Positions 1-13,125 are shown, numbered from the whole stretch's first letter. The stretch: 63,424 nt of DNA, filler included, from Octopus bimaculoides (GCF_001194135.2; 6 parts of 6 records of this genome joined end to end with filler, not necessarily neighbours in it), one strand, 5' to 3'. Made by a program: numbers and translations. The notes: generated by a model from the sequence alone, not told the origin.

Positions 1-70
<70 letters not shown>
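1..70. repeat. (TG)n microsatellite
   Basis: Pure TG run from position 1. Confidence 0.98.
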
Positions 71-72
<2 letters not shown>

Positions 73-1139
73 CCTAAATGCAATTTACATGGAAGATGAA
101 TTATATCTGAACGCTTTACGTCTGGCTTATTTGCAATGTATAATCTTTTGTGACATCTTACTGGAAAGATGATTCCTGTATGTACTGGCACTATTCGCGA
201 AAACATTCCGCTGGTATGTTTAGAGTACATTTGCAATTCTTTATGATACATTATATCGATGTTTTGACTTTAAAATAGGTTTTTCTCAAGAACAGAATAA
301 AAGCAAATATCGGTGAATTTTTTATCTTAACCCGATCCGTATCGTTCTGAAAAGATCGTGTTCTTTACCAAATTGTCATTAGAAGAACTTTCTCCAATGT
401 TCGAAAATACTTAACGAACATAGAAACACTGCGAAATTAATTGGTCTGTAGACATAATGGCTGCACAATTTCAGATAAGGAATCAACCAATGTGTGTGAG
501 GAATTCACTGGTTGGTTACATTTTAAAGCATTGTCGATTTTAAAACTAACCTTCAAATACTTAAAAACCCTAAAATATGTTGGAATTTTTTCTCCTGAGT
601 ATGAGTGAACTTTCACTCTGATACACCTAATTTTCTTAAGTTTGTGTATTTATACTGGTCGTATCCATCGACATATGGTTTAATGCAAACCGTACATAAA
701 AGGAAAGACCCATAAAAGGGTTAACTTAACAAGCTCTCTATTACCGCGGCTAAGATAAATTAATTATTAGAAAATACCACTACGGTTGATCAGCGGTGAG
801 ATATTTCATTTTTCATGTGGTATACATTTGAAATTTATTTCACTGGCTTAATGTTAGCAGCAGCTAACCACTTTCCCTGTTTTATTTATTTATGTATTTA
901 TTGTATTTATTTACTTTTTGTCTGTTTTCTTTTTCTTTTTTTTGAAAAAGAGCTTTACTTTTATTCTTTAACAGATGTTTCTAGAAGTTTCTAACTTTTC
1001 CCTCAGCTTTCCCATTAAAAAACATGGTCTAAATAACCTGATAACCTTTTCAGTATCTTCAAGAAAGGCCGTTTTCTCTTTTCGTCAACACATCTCATAA
1101 CCTTTTCCCCTTTTCCCAAATAAATAAACAAACAAGCAA

Positions 1140-1160
1140 ACAAATAACTAACTAACTAAC

Positions 1161-1211
<51 letters not shown>

Positions 1212-1411
1212 GAGAAATCGGAATAAAGAAAAAGAAAAACTTTTCCTTTAAAAAAAAAGAAATATCGTAGCTTGCTTACAAAAAAAATTAAAATAAGAAA
1301 ATGAAATTCACACATTTTAATATAAACAAGAAAGAGTGAACCAAATAAATAAATAAATAAATAAACTAATTAGAAAGAAAGAAAGAGAAAGAAAGTAAGT
1401 AAGAAAGAAAG

Positions 1412-1466
<55 letters not shown>

Positions 1467-1470
1467 AAAA
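1140..1470. repeat. (AAAT)n and (GAAA)n tetranucleotide microsatellites
   Basis: TAAA runs at ~1160-1210 and GAAA runs at ~1375-1467. Confidence 0.95.
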
Positions 1471-4400
1471 AAGGCTACAAGGATAGTAGAAAGAGAGGTA
1501 TAGGGCTGGGGTCAGTTTTCTTTCACTCTAAAGATTAACTTTCTTATGTCCGGGAACTAATATTTTCATTCCGACCAGGATTTGACATTGCTTTTATTAT
1601 TTCATTCAGTACGACCACAAAGAAGCAATGGACGGTGGGCTGCTTTTAAAGAAATCATTTGATTTGAGTGGCGGTTTACAAATAGATGTGTGAAGGGGTT
1701 GTCACAAAGAATAAAAGGTCTCGAAAAGGCACATACAAGGTGTAAAATGGATTAAGAAAAGCAAATATATACAATTAGAATGAGATGGAGACGAGGAGGA
1801 AGAATAGTATCGAGATAGATATAGAGAGAAAGCCAAAGAAGAAAAGGAAAAAAATGGGAAGGAAATATGATAGAGTTATCCTTTGATTTACTTTTACTGT
1901 ATATAATTAAATGGAGTAAGAGGAGAAGGAAAACCTAGAAGTGGTGATGTATTAAGTAAAAATAACAAACAGCTATAATAGCCCCAACAATGGCGACTAT
2001 GTTGACAATAAGTGAACAGCAGAAACACAATACATTTATTAGTAGCTCTAGACAGAGGCCTTACAGTATTTAGTTATGTCCCTTTATGTTCTGCTATGAA
2101 ATCTTTACTGGAGTCGAATTTTTCTTTCATTTATCCTGGATTATTGACTATCACTTACAGCCCTTTTTTTTATCCACTCAGTTATAACTCAGTCTCTTTA
2201 TTAAATGGGTTTTCCGCTAAATGAAAGCAAAAAAAAAAAAAAAAATTATAAATAAATAAATACTTTTTGCGCTTTTGGAAGTACTAGTTTCCAGTGTTGT
2301 GCTCAAAATAATCTATGTAGCAACTTCTCGCCTTTGCGTTGGTAGGTTTTACTACATATGTTTTTATTTGAATACACATAAATATATACAACAACAACAA
2401 CAGCAACAATAATAATAATCCCTTCTACAGTAGACAGAAGGTCTGAAAATTTGAACTCAGAACATAAAGACAGACGAAATACCACTAAGCATTTCTCCCA
2501 GCGTGCTACCGTTTTTGCCAGGTATTTAAACTGTATAGACATATTGTATAGACATTTTGACAAGCTTTGTATGTTGTGCACTTCAGAGTATTGTGAAATT
2601 TTATTTTCAAAATTGACTCTTGTTAATAACCTTTAAAATAAAATTCCATTTGCATGTACAGAAGATACTGAATGCCGAAATTTTTCAACGCATCCGTAAA
2701 ATAATTCTGAATATAGAATATAATGTGGTTGAAACGAATTTTAACATCTCAATAATTTGAGTATTTCTTTGAAATACATTTACAGTGCTTTTTAAATAAT
2801 TTAGTATTTGGGGTTTCCTATAACAATTCTATGATCGCCCTCTAATAATTCCAGTAGAAAGAATTATAACATCCAGTTGCATTAGTTTATTTTGCAAACA
2901 ATATAATTCCGAATAATTACTAGAACAGAACCATTTGAACTTTCAAACATTATGATTATATCCCATTATTCAAACGTTTTGTATGTGGGTGTATGTGTGT
3001 GGATGTATGTGTGTGGGTGCGCGCGCGCGAAAGACCTCAATTTTACTATACTGCATATGACAATAAACAGAGTAGTCTATAATATCATATATTATCGCGT
3101 GTCCGTGGTGCCTTTCACTAGGATGCCTCTGACCAACACCTTCTCTTCGGTTTATTTAGAGGACAATCCTCTCCCTCAATATATAGCCCAAGATTGGAAT
3201 GCCGTTACTGATGATGTACAGGCACGCGCTGATGTTCAATATTTATAAAGGTCCCTTGACGATGAGAAAGTGTGATCGCCAAATGTGGAGCACCCTCTTC
3301 CATTAGCTGCAGTCTTGGATCAAGCGTAGATTGGGCATGTGATATTTGGAATATTGCAACGCGTTCACAATCCTCTACTGGTCGGAATATGCTATCGGTG
3401 GAACATCTATGTTAGCATTCTATGCAAAGTTACTGCTGGGTATGAAGCGCGTCGACAATTACCAGCCAACAAGTATATTCCTGAGAACTTTGCTACTAAG
3501 AGGCTTGGAAGTGTAGATGTGGAATTACTGTCAATCAGGCTTGTTCCAGAAATGTAGAGAGTGATGAACTCATTCTTCATTCACTTATTCAGCGTCTGTT
3601 AATGTACATAAAATGGGCCTGGCTGGACCCTATTTCTCTGATGAAATAGTTATCATTTTCAAGTTCTACTTGTATTAGAGATAGTTGGGTGATGAAAAGT
3701 GAGTGCAAGTGTATATGTGAAACTAGATCTAGAATTCTGCTTGGAGATTGCAGTCAAGAGAGGGGACACAATGAATCAAAAGTTTTTCTTTGGTCCTTTT
3801 TGTCAACTTAAATTTTTGGAATATCTAAACATCCATCCTTGGATATAATTCAAGTATTAAAATTGTAATACTTGTATTGTAGCTACAATAGCATTACTGC
3901 TGCAGTGACTCGGTTAAACTACTAACTTGCACACACTCAAATTTATATATTATATAATCAGTGCACATTGCACGGGCAGGTCAGGAATTGAACCCGGAAC
4001 TTTGAGTTTAGATATGGAATCGATTAGCCAATGGCTTCCAATGACTGGATGAGACGCACTTGTCCATTTCTTGTTCGTGAAAGTCCGCTGCGACCTGTTA
4101 CTACGAATGAAGACTGTAAGTTGACATCTTTGAAATTATAGGAAATCCTAACTCTCTTTCATAATTCTAAGACAATCTAGATCATTCTGTATGCAATGTG
4201 ATATTTTTTGCTCCAAATCTGAAATATAAAATCTCGTTCTTTTAGCACGGACATATAATAAGTTGTTCTAGAAACGTTTGACCTTACCTAACACAATGAG
4301 ATGCCTAATGTGTCCTTCGGTACTTCTAAATGATAACATTTCAACGTGAACATTTCTCTGACTTTCGAATAATTATCAACGACTGTCTTAGCTAAGCATG

Positions 4401-4747
4401 AATTGCAAATACACACTATCCTTGCCTTACAATCTGTTTGTTTATAGTTCTGTTACAAATTTTTTTCATTTTTTTGTTTCGTCCTTTCTACCTCATACTT
4501 GCTTTCTCTGAAAAGCGTTATCTTTTCAGTTAGATAATATGAATAAAAATAAATGCTATATAATCCTCCTCCTCCATTCGTTATATACTGTTTAATACTC
4601 ATTTCTCAGAATCTCCAACCCCTCACATTAGACACGTTTCTGCTATACTGAACGACTCTCGGTTACTTTTAGTCTTCCGACGTGTGTGATGTTAGAAGTG
4701 TGTGGCTCTACTGTGTGCGTCGTTTATTGGTTAAACCGTTACTACAC

Positions 4748-5174
4748 TTTTCTACTCTAGGCACAAGGCCCAAAATTTTGGGGGAGGGGGCCAGTCGATT
4801 AGATCGACCCCAGTACGCAACTGGTACTTGATTTATCGACCCCGAAAGGATGAAAGGAAAAGTCGACCCTGGTGGAATTTGAACTCAGAACGCAAAGACA
4901 GACGAAATGCCGCTAAGCATTTCGCCCGGCGTGCTGACGTTTTTCATTTCTTTATTGCCCACAAGGGGCTAAACATAGAGGGGACAAACAAGGACAGACA
5001 AAGGGATTAAGTCGATTACATCGCCCCCAGTGCATGACTGGTACTTAATTTATCAACCCCGAAAGAATGAAAGGCAAAGTCGACCTCGGCGGAATTTGAA
5101 CTCAGAACGTAAAGACAGACGAAATACCGCTAAGCATTTCGCCCGGCGTGCCAACGTTTCTGCCAGCTCGCCGC
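4748..5174 (-). mobile_element. tRNA-derived SINE family B, dimeric copy
   Basis: Head GCGGCGAGCTGGCAGAAACGTT (A-box-like) and GAGTTCAAATTCC (B-box-like); two bodies joined by a linker also seen at 60490-60570. Confidence 0.85.
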
Positions 5175-5512
5175 ATTAGAATAGCTATTTATTTAATTTT
5201 TTAAATGTTTTGAAGTTGACTGTAGATTATGTAATTGTATATTCTACATTGAATACGATAGGAAGTCTAATATAAAGCGGTATATAGAAACTGTAAAGTA
5301 CAAACGATGTATACTGCTTCGGTCCAACAATTACAAAAATAACAACTTTCTTGATTAAGGCTAATACACAATAAGAAGACAAAATAATAACGATAGAAGC
5401 TACAATGGCCTTCAACACTTTTCAGGCCATGGGAATTTCTTTTTCTGTTCAAACGTGATGTCGTCGCGTTTCATTGAAGTATTTCATAGTTTAGAGGAAG
5501 TAACTTCTTAGC

Positions 5513-5553
<41 letters not shown>

Positions 5554-5639
5554 GTATATAAGAATTGAAGGAAAATTTTACCCCTCTAAGTGGCTGTATA
5601 GGGCTTGTCTTAACAGTGGCAATATTATGTTGAGAAAAA

Positions 5640-6200
5640 AAAAAAAAAGAAAAAGAAATTCCAACTTGAAGTGGATAATTATTACAGCATTTGCTATGAC
5701 TGTCTGTGGAATAGATTTTATCTCTTGAATTTGATGGTTTTACATGGCTGTTACTAAATATTCTTCCTACATAAAAACATGTGTAGAGTTAAATAAGAAG
5801 AGGATAAAAATTGACGATTTTTTTCGGTTAGAGGCTGTAATTTGAACAAGAGATAGAATGTAAACCTGAAAATTGAAGAGAAAAAAAAGTTATACCACGA
5901 AAAACAAGCATCCTGAATTAAAAGAACCATTCTTATTGCTGGGAATTTTAAGCCAATACTTGTGCTGAATACCAGCTCCTAATGCTAATGCCGAGTGTGT
6001 TTTGCTAATGAATGTTCAATGAATAAATGAATGAAATAGTTTGGATATAACTACAATAGAAGCTATTTAACAACGAACTAGGACCTAGACCAACAGTGCA
6101 AGAGATTTATAGTCAAATTCTACGAAACAAAGTCCAGCTAAGAAAATCTAGGTTATCTACGAAATATAATTAAAAGTAGATATTCAAATGCTTATGTTTA
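5640..6200 (+). mobile_element. Decayed hAT transposase C-terminal (dimerisation) remnant
   Basis: Broken frame reads ...ILSQYLC*IPAPNANAEC...MNVQ*INE*NSLDITTIEAI, resembling the hAT IPxSNAxxERxFS...W..ER motif. Confidence 0.55.
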
Positions 6201-9030
6201 ATTAATCTTTTTACGTATTTTGGTAAAATAAATTATTTAATACCAATATCAACGTGTTTAGGTACGCGTATACATATTAGAATTCATTTGAATTTAAATG
6301 TGAAGATACTTTGTATTTGTGTTTACCAAATTTGACAAACTTATATATAAATAACTAAATATATAAATATTTATTAAAACATAAGAAAGGAAAGTTAACT
6401 GAAATAAAGAGGAAATAACGTTTTACTGATTCAGTTTAATGATGTTGGCAGTTATATATAGAATTGAAGTGGAATGTTCTGAATTTTTGTCAACAATAGA
6501 GTAAACTTTTCGGACAGCATCTGGTTCGCTAGACTTAGAGGATCAGACTTCGAATTTCAATAGATTTACAAAATAGTGTGTAAGATAAAATGAAACCGCG
6601 ATTAAATAAGCACAAGTTAGAGTGGGCACCAGTGAAGATAAGCTATTATTATTTTTTTTTGTTACAGTAGATGTTATCGTAAATTAATTTAGAGTTAAGA
6701 AAACTTCTACAAAATGAAACCACTCGAGAATTTCCTAAAAGGCAAAAAATATATTATTGACAAAAGAATACGACTTTTCATAGGAAATCTCGAAGGTAAC
6801 GGTATCGCTATATGTACACACACATACATTAAGTGTGTATGCATAATATATGCGTTTGTATATATGTATGTATCCGTGTGTGTGTGTGTGTATGTGTGTG
6901 TGTGTATGTATGTATATACACACGCACACACACACATATATATACCATGTTACATTATATTATGTATGTGTATGTATGTTCAGTTGTTTCAATTCTGTGA
7001 AACTAACACAAATTTAGCTTTCTCTGGTGTACGACTGTCGACTTACACCTAACTGTAATCAAACTCAATCTTTGCCGCTTCACTATCTTTTCTTTAGAGG
7101 TGTTACATTTTTTTTATGTAGAAAACGTGTAACATTTATCGTACTTATCGTACTTAGCTTTCTCCTGGTATTTGTAGCTTTTACCTTTGTTAGGTTATTA
7201 CTCCTCATTAATATATAAAGTTTAGTAACAGGAATACACGATCAAAGAAAAAAAAACTTCTAGATTAATGAATTTGTCAGAAAGAGACCTAAGGAAGGAA
7301 AGCCAACATAATTTAGAATGCCAGCAACAACGGGATTTTGGAGGAATCTCAAGTATATCTATTAAAACAAAACAGAAGCCGATGTAGTAATATGGAAGAG
7401 AAAAAGGAGGATAAATTTTGACAGTGAATCAAAAACTAGAGAATATCAATGAAAAAATCATTAGAATGGCATACTTCTAAATATAGTCAAGGAATTTAAC
7501 TTCACATAATCAATAAATCTTATATTATCATTTATAGGGAAATTTTGTTTTTGATCAATCCGGAACACTCGTCTTTTCTTAAAATGCTTTATGGTTTTAC
7601 TAGCCTCTGTTTCTCAATTTAATTTGACATGTTTTGTCTTTCTCTAAATTCTAATATTGCCTGAAAATTTGAGAAAGGGCATAATTTCTCAAACTGATAC
7701 TGGCTTCCTCCAAATATTATCAAAAGTTTTTACCGCTTCCTTTTTTTATTAATGAAAATTCAAAGTAGTTTGCATCCATATAGTTCTTAAAAGACACACC
7801 TCAATTTAAGCAGTCCCCTTCTTGTTCAAATTTACAGAAAACAAAAGACGAAGACAAGCGAGGGAACAAAAAGCAGGTGTATTGGTTTGACTCACGAGAA
7901 AAATGAAAAAGTCTTTGACGTTTCGAGCCTACGCTCTTCGATAGAAAGAGTTGAGAATTAAAAAATGGAGAGAGAACAAATAAAAAAAAAATGGAGAGAG
8001 AAAAATATATGTAGGGATTAACGATTCAACATGATGAAAAAAAAAATGTAATCACATATCTGTATATCCTTGAACGTCCTCTTCTCTAGATATCGTTTCT
8101 CACTTTCTTTTCACTCATTCTCATCCCTCGTTCGTATTTCTCAAACACAGTTCGCGCTCATTTCCCTTCCTATATGTATAAATATACATGTCTGCATTTT
8201 CATTATAAACCTAACTTTAACTTGGCTGTTGTATGACTGTACTATAATTTCCTAAAGTTTAATTTCCACAATTAAGACACTTAAATGACATCTCCTTAAA
8301 AGTCAGGCTAGAGTTAAGTTTATAATGAGAATGCAGACTTGTGTATTTATGTATAAAAGAAAGGAAATAAGAGTGAGCAGTGTTAGAGATATACGTATAA
8401 AGGGATAGGAATGGATAGAAAGAGTGAGGAACGCTGTCTGGAGTTAGAAGACGTTCAGAGGGATATACAAGTATGTGATTGTATATATGCTGCGTGTGTT
8501 GAAAGAAACAGTGATTTGGGAATTGAAAAAAAAAAGAAGGAAAAGAAAAGAGGTGGGTATGAAAAACTGATTGATGTTCTAAATCAATTGACCAGCCCAT
8601 TCCCCCTTTTATGGGAAAAGTAAATTAAAAACAAAAACCAACAACCAACCATAAATCCTATGGGACACACCGGATTCATGGCTGATTACTGAAGCAGTTT
8701 TGTTGCAAATGGACTACACTTCCGTCCACATCAATTCACACTTCACACCTTTCAAAAAATACACTGTATTTTACTTTATTTCCTTTCCGCTTGCTTGAGA
8801 TAGTCTTTTAGGGATTGGTTAAAAAAATTTGCGGGTGACTCAATATCTCTTACACAATACTGATAGTTAACACTGTTTTCATTTCACAGCAAATAACATT
8901 AACTGAAAAAAAAAAGATTTTATTTAAACAAGACAAAATTATTGCTACAAAAAACCCAGTCAGTATGATCTATTTTTTTGGTGGGGTCGCGGAGTGGGGG
9001 TGGAATTGTAAGCTTCAGCAAGGTAATAAT

Positions 9031-9247
9031 ATATTGGTTTCAAATTTTGGCACAAGGCCAGCGATTTCAGGGGAGGAGGTAAATCGATTACATCAACTCC
9101 AGTGCTCAACTGGTACTTATTTTATCGACTCCTAAAGGATGAAAAGCAAGTTGACTTTAGCAGAATTTGAACTTAAAGCGTAAAGACGGACGAAATGCCA
9201 CTAAACATTTTGCCCGGCGTGTTAACCATTCTGCCAGTTTACGTCCT
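9031..9247 (-). mobile_element. SINE family B, diverged monomer
   Basis: Same body as 4748-5174 (GTACTTATTTTATCGAC..GGATGAAA..AATTTGAACT..GAAATGCC). Confidence 0.8.
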
Positions 9248-9379
9248 TGCGGGTGGAAATATATTAAGGAGAGCTAATGACAGCATTTCTAAAATAGTAC
9301 CACACACTTCATCTTCTTATGAACGATCACTGAATTGATAATTCATTCAATAATAGTCAACAATGTTTTTGTGGGTCGA

Positions 9380-9720
9380 CGGGAACAAATGTTTCTCCAT
9401 CGGTTTCGACGAGAAGGATTCAGTTGTTCGATCAACTGAACTACCTGCAAAGTAAATTAGCGTCTGACTGACTGAGCATTCCAAAGTCACGTGTAACCAT
9501 TTACATAACTATCTGACAGAATCAATGTACCACAGTACATGTCAAGTTTGCGTCATCGAATTACAACAGGGTTTTTCACAGATTTCGTCTACCTAATTCG
9601 ACTCATAAGGCATGGGTTGTTCTGGGTAAATAGCAAGGCTCTTGCTCAAATTACTGCACACTTTGACCGAACCCCGGAATATCGTGATTAGAAGCGAAGT
9701 TCTTAACGAACACAACTTAA
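9380..9720 (-). mobile_element. SINE family C, old diverged copy
   Basis: Degenerate match to 21977-22365 (CAGTTGTTCGATCAACTGAAC..CTGAGCATTCCA..CACGTGTA). Confidence 0.65.
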
Positions 9721-10689
9721 TAAAACTAAAACAAAACACTATTTCCTTTTGAAAACACCTTTCGTTGTTTTTCAAAAATAGAAGGTTATAAGGAAAAAAG
9801 AGAAAAAGGAAACCTTTAAAATAAGCATACCTTAAAAATAAGTATACCTAAGTATAAAATAAGTATACCTAAGTATAAAATAAGTATACTTTAAGAAAAA
9901 AAGGTAAAAATAAAACTAGTGGTGTGCTTCTGCTGACGGTGGTCTAGTTAATAATTCTAGAAGAAATATTTTGATTACAGTATGGGTTTTAGATTTTATA
10001 ACTCGTACTCATATGTATATGGATACGTGCACACCCACATATATGTGTATCTGTATGTCTTATTGCCCCTGTACACTGCATTTACTGATATCTAGGTATG
10101 CTTAGAATAAGGATGCACTTTTATCGATTTGACCATTCGCATAAGGCGTCTCTTTGTATTAAAAATAAGGACTTGTTGATCGATCGAATATTTTTATCAG
10201 TCATTGAGATGGTTGTCATGCGTGCTGCTAAGGTCTTAAATCACTCCACTACATTTTTTTGGCATAATCGTATAAAGTCCCGCGTGTAGAATTCAAATTC
10301 GCAAAAAATTCCCGAAAACTGAAAAATAAAAAAAGTTATGAAGGGTTATATGTCGTGCGTAATTCTGTGGTTTTATATCAAAACACAAGTGCTATTTTCA
10401 GGATGTTGACGAAATGTGCAGTGATACACAAAATGACAGCTTTGAAATTGTGTTTCTTGACTGGGTAAAATGATCAAACTTTAAACCTCTATAATTTTTT
10501 AAAAACATTTTTCTGGAAAAAGTTGAATAACTCCAGCAATTTAGCTTGGAAAGATACATTAATGTGCCGAATTTTAAAATTTTCCATAAACTTTGGTTTT
10601 TGAAATGCTAGCAGCCAAACGAACTAGATCCGTATTTGCTCCAGTAAAGACGTGTCATCTGACTCTGCTCTAATGACTTCTATTTGGGA

Positions 10690-10945
10690 ATACCATACTG
10701 CCTCTCTGGCGCCATCTGTAGACATTCTTTTTCACATTTTTACTTTACTGATGCCTCCAGTCAAGAAAATTTGTCGACAGTACATTAGTGATTATTTATC
10801 GTTTGGATTTATTCCCTCTCCTCAGACCTGTCAGTTACTAATTTGCCTTCTTTACTATCAAACATCGACCAACGAAGCAATGAAACCTTCACGCTTGAAG
10901 TATTACTTTGATGCAAAGTATTCTGACAAGAAGGACAAGCCGTTA
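10690..10945 (+). mobile_element. hAT Buster/ZBED5-type transposase N-terminal (BED finger) remnant
   Basis: CRQYISDYLSFGFIP...LICLLYYQTSTNEAMKPSRLKYYFDAKYSDKKDK resembles the Buster-family RQYxxxYLxFGF...CxxC...NEAMKPSxLxxH motif; Zn ligands partly lost. Confidence 0.75.
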
Positions 10946-11324
10946 TATACATATGTATATAGATATGCATTTGTACAAATGTATATGTATGCATATATAT
11001 TTGGTGTTCATTTGCTTGGAATGCATATATATCTAGTGTTCATTTGCTAGGAATACAAAATGGCTGATCATTAGTAAGGAAAGACACACAAAAAAGAAAG
11101 AAGAAAGCAAAGGACCACTCATGAGGTCACAGAAGTGTGACGAAAGAACTCTGGCCGAAATATGATTTATATAAAATAAAGCTGAAGCAAATGAACACAA
11201 AATATATAGTGCGTGTGTTTTTATTGGCTAAACTGGCAGCATGACCTTCCCCAAATACAACAATATCTGTTTCAGCACACGAATTCGCATCAATAGTCTT
11301 GCAAAAACGAATATATAAACATAT

Positions 11325-11424
11325 NNNNNNNNNNNNNNNNNNNNNNNNNNNNNNNNNNNNNNNNNNNNTTAATTAATTAANNNNNNNNNNNNNNNNNNNN
11401 NNNNNNNNNNNNNNNNNNNNNNNN
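11325..11424. other. Artificial 100-bp scaffold join spacer (N44-TTAATTAATTAA-N44)
   Basis: Same 12-mer inside Ns at 11369, 26438, 37339, 56735 and 58758; the 12-mer gives stops in all six frames. Confidence 0.9.
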
Positions 11425-11434
11425 TATATATATA

Positions 11435-11860
11435 GTCGTAGGAGTGGCTGTGTGGTAAGTAACTTGCTTATCAACCACGTGGTTCCGGGTTCAGTCTTGC
11501 GTGGCATCTTGGGCAAGTGTCTTCTACTATAGCCTCGGGCCGACCAAAGCCTTGTGAGTGGATTTGGTAGACGGAAACTGAAAGAAGCCCGTTGTATATG
11601 TGTGTATATATATACATATATATATATGTATGTGTGTGTATATGTTTGTGTGTCTCTGTTTGTCCCCCCACCATCGCTTGACAACCAATGCTGGTGTGTT
11701 TACGTCCCCGTAAACTAGCGGTTCGGCAAAAGAGATCGATAGAATAAGTACTAGGCTTACAAAGAATAAGTCCTGGGGTCGATTTGCTCGACTAAAGGCG
11801 GTGCTCCAGCATGGCCACAGTCCCATGACTGAAACAAATAAAAGAGTAAAGAGAAAAGAG
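11435..11860 (+). mobile_element. tRNA-derived SINE family A (internal microsatellite), near full length
   Basis: GGAGTGGCTGTGTGGTAAG (A box) ... CCGGGTTCAGTC (B box), core CCTTGTGAGTGGATTTGGTAGACGGAAACTGAAAGAAGCCC, internal TA/TG run, 3' half ending ATGACTGAAACAA. Confidence 0.9.
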
Positions 11861-12984
11861 AATATAGATATAGAAATAAATGAATAATAATGGATGAAAT
11901 GTGCAAATACTAAACTATTACAGCCGTTTCTACCATGAGGCTGTCAATGATATATGGGGATGAACAAACATTGGACAGGGATTGGACAATCGTTGAGCCT
12001 GAAGGCTTCTTCAGAGATTCCAAATGTTAGGAAACTAACATGTGGGAAAGTAAGTTAAAATAATAGAGTAAGATAAAATGAAAATAATGTAATAGAAATA
12101 GTAAGGAATTGTAAGATCTTCCTGTTAAGGTGCTATTATAATCCATGGTATTACGTCTCAGGAGAAATTTCCGCAGGTTGCCGTTTACATCGTGTTTCCA
12201 TTATACTGGGGGGAAATAGCGAGGGTGATATGTTGTGTGGTGAGTTTAATGGAATGGTCCATGTCACAGGGGTCAGAAGTTAGAGGCTAAGCGCTCTTTA
12301 ATAGATATAGCATTATAAAAGGAGTTGGCAGAAATAAGTTAAATTGAACCTGTTATCCCACTACACATAGAGGTACTGGGATTAGGTTTCTGTCAATAAG
12401 TAACAAATAAATACATCGCACAAAGATTTTACCTAACTTTTCTTTCATTGAAATGCTTATGTATTAAATCTCTCCTAACAAGTTCAATTTAAATTATTTC
12501 TGCCAACTCCATTTATAATGCTATATCTATTAAATACCGGTTAGCCTCTAACTTCTGACCCCTGTGACATGGACCATACCATTAAATTCACCACAGAGCA
12601 TATTACCCTCGCTATTTCCCCAAGTATAATGGAAACACGATGAAAACTGCAGCGTTTATTTACCATAAGATGTAATACCATGGATTATAATACCATTTTT
12701 TTTACTATTTCTATTAAATTATTTTTATTTTTATCTTATCTTACTCTATTATTCTAACTTCCTTTCCCAATGTTAGTTTCCTAACATTTGGACTCTCTGA
12801 AGAAGTCTTGGTGCTCAACCATTGTCCAATCCCTGTCCAATGTTTGTTCATCCCTGTATATCACTGACATAATGAGGATAACTTGGAAGATTTGGCAGCG
12901 TCATGGTAGAAACGGCTGTAAGAGTTTAGTATTCGTACACTCATCTACTTTTATATATATATGTATAAATATATATATATATAA

Positions 12985-13047
<63 letters not shown>

Positions 13048-13065
13048 AATTGTATATATTGTATG

Positions 13066-13125
<60 letters not shown>

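Noticed and set aside
3150-3560. Higher-complexity stretch as possible downstream rGC exons
   Set aside because: Stops in all minus frames and no KHD/cyclase motif; faint resemblance to a decayed LINE RT, too weak to call.
4287-4392. Minus-strand segment ending at a GTAAGG donor
   Set aside because: No frame gives rGC-like sequence; the longest frame ends in TAG at the donor.
9830-9895. 21-bp tandem unit AAGTATACCTAAGTATAAAAT x~3 (CRISPR-like at a glance)
   Set aside because: No unique spacers, no cas genes, eukaryotic context: ordinary minisatellite.
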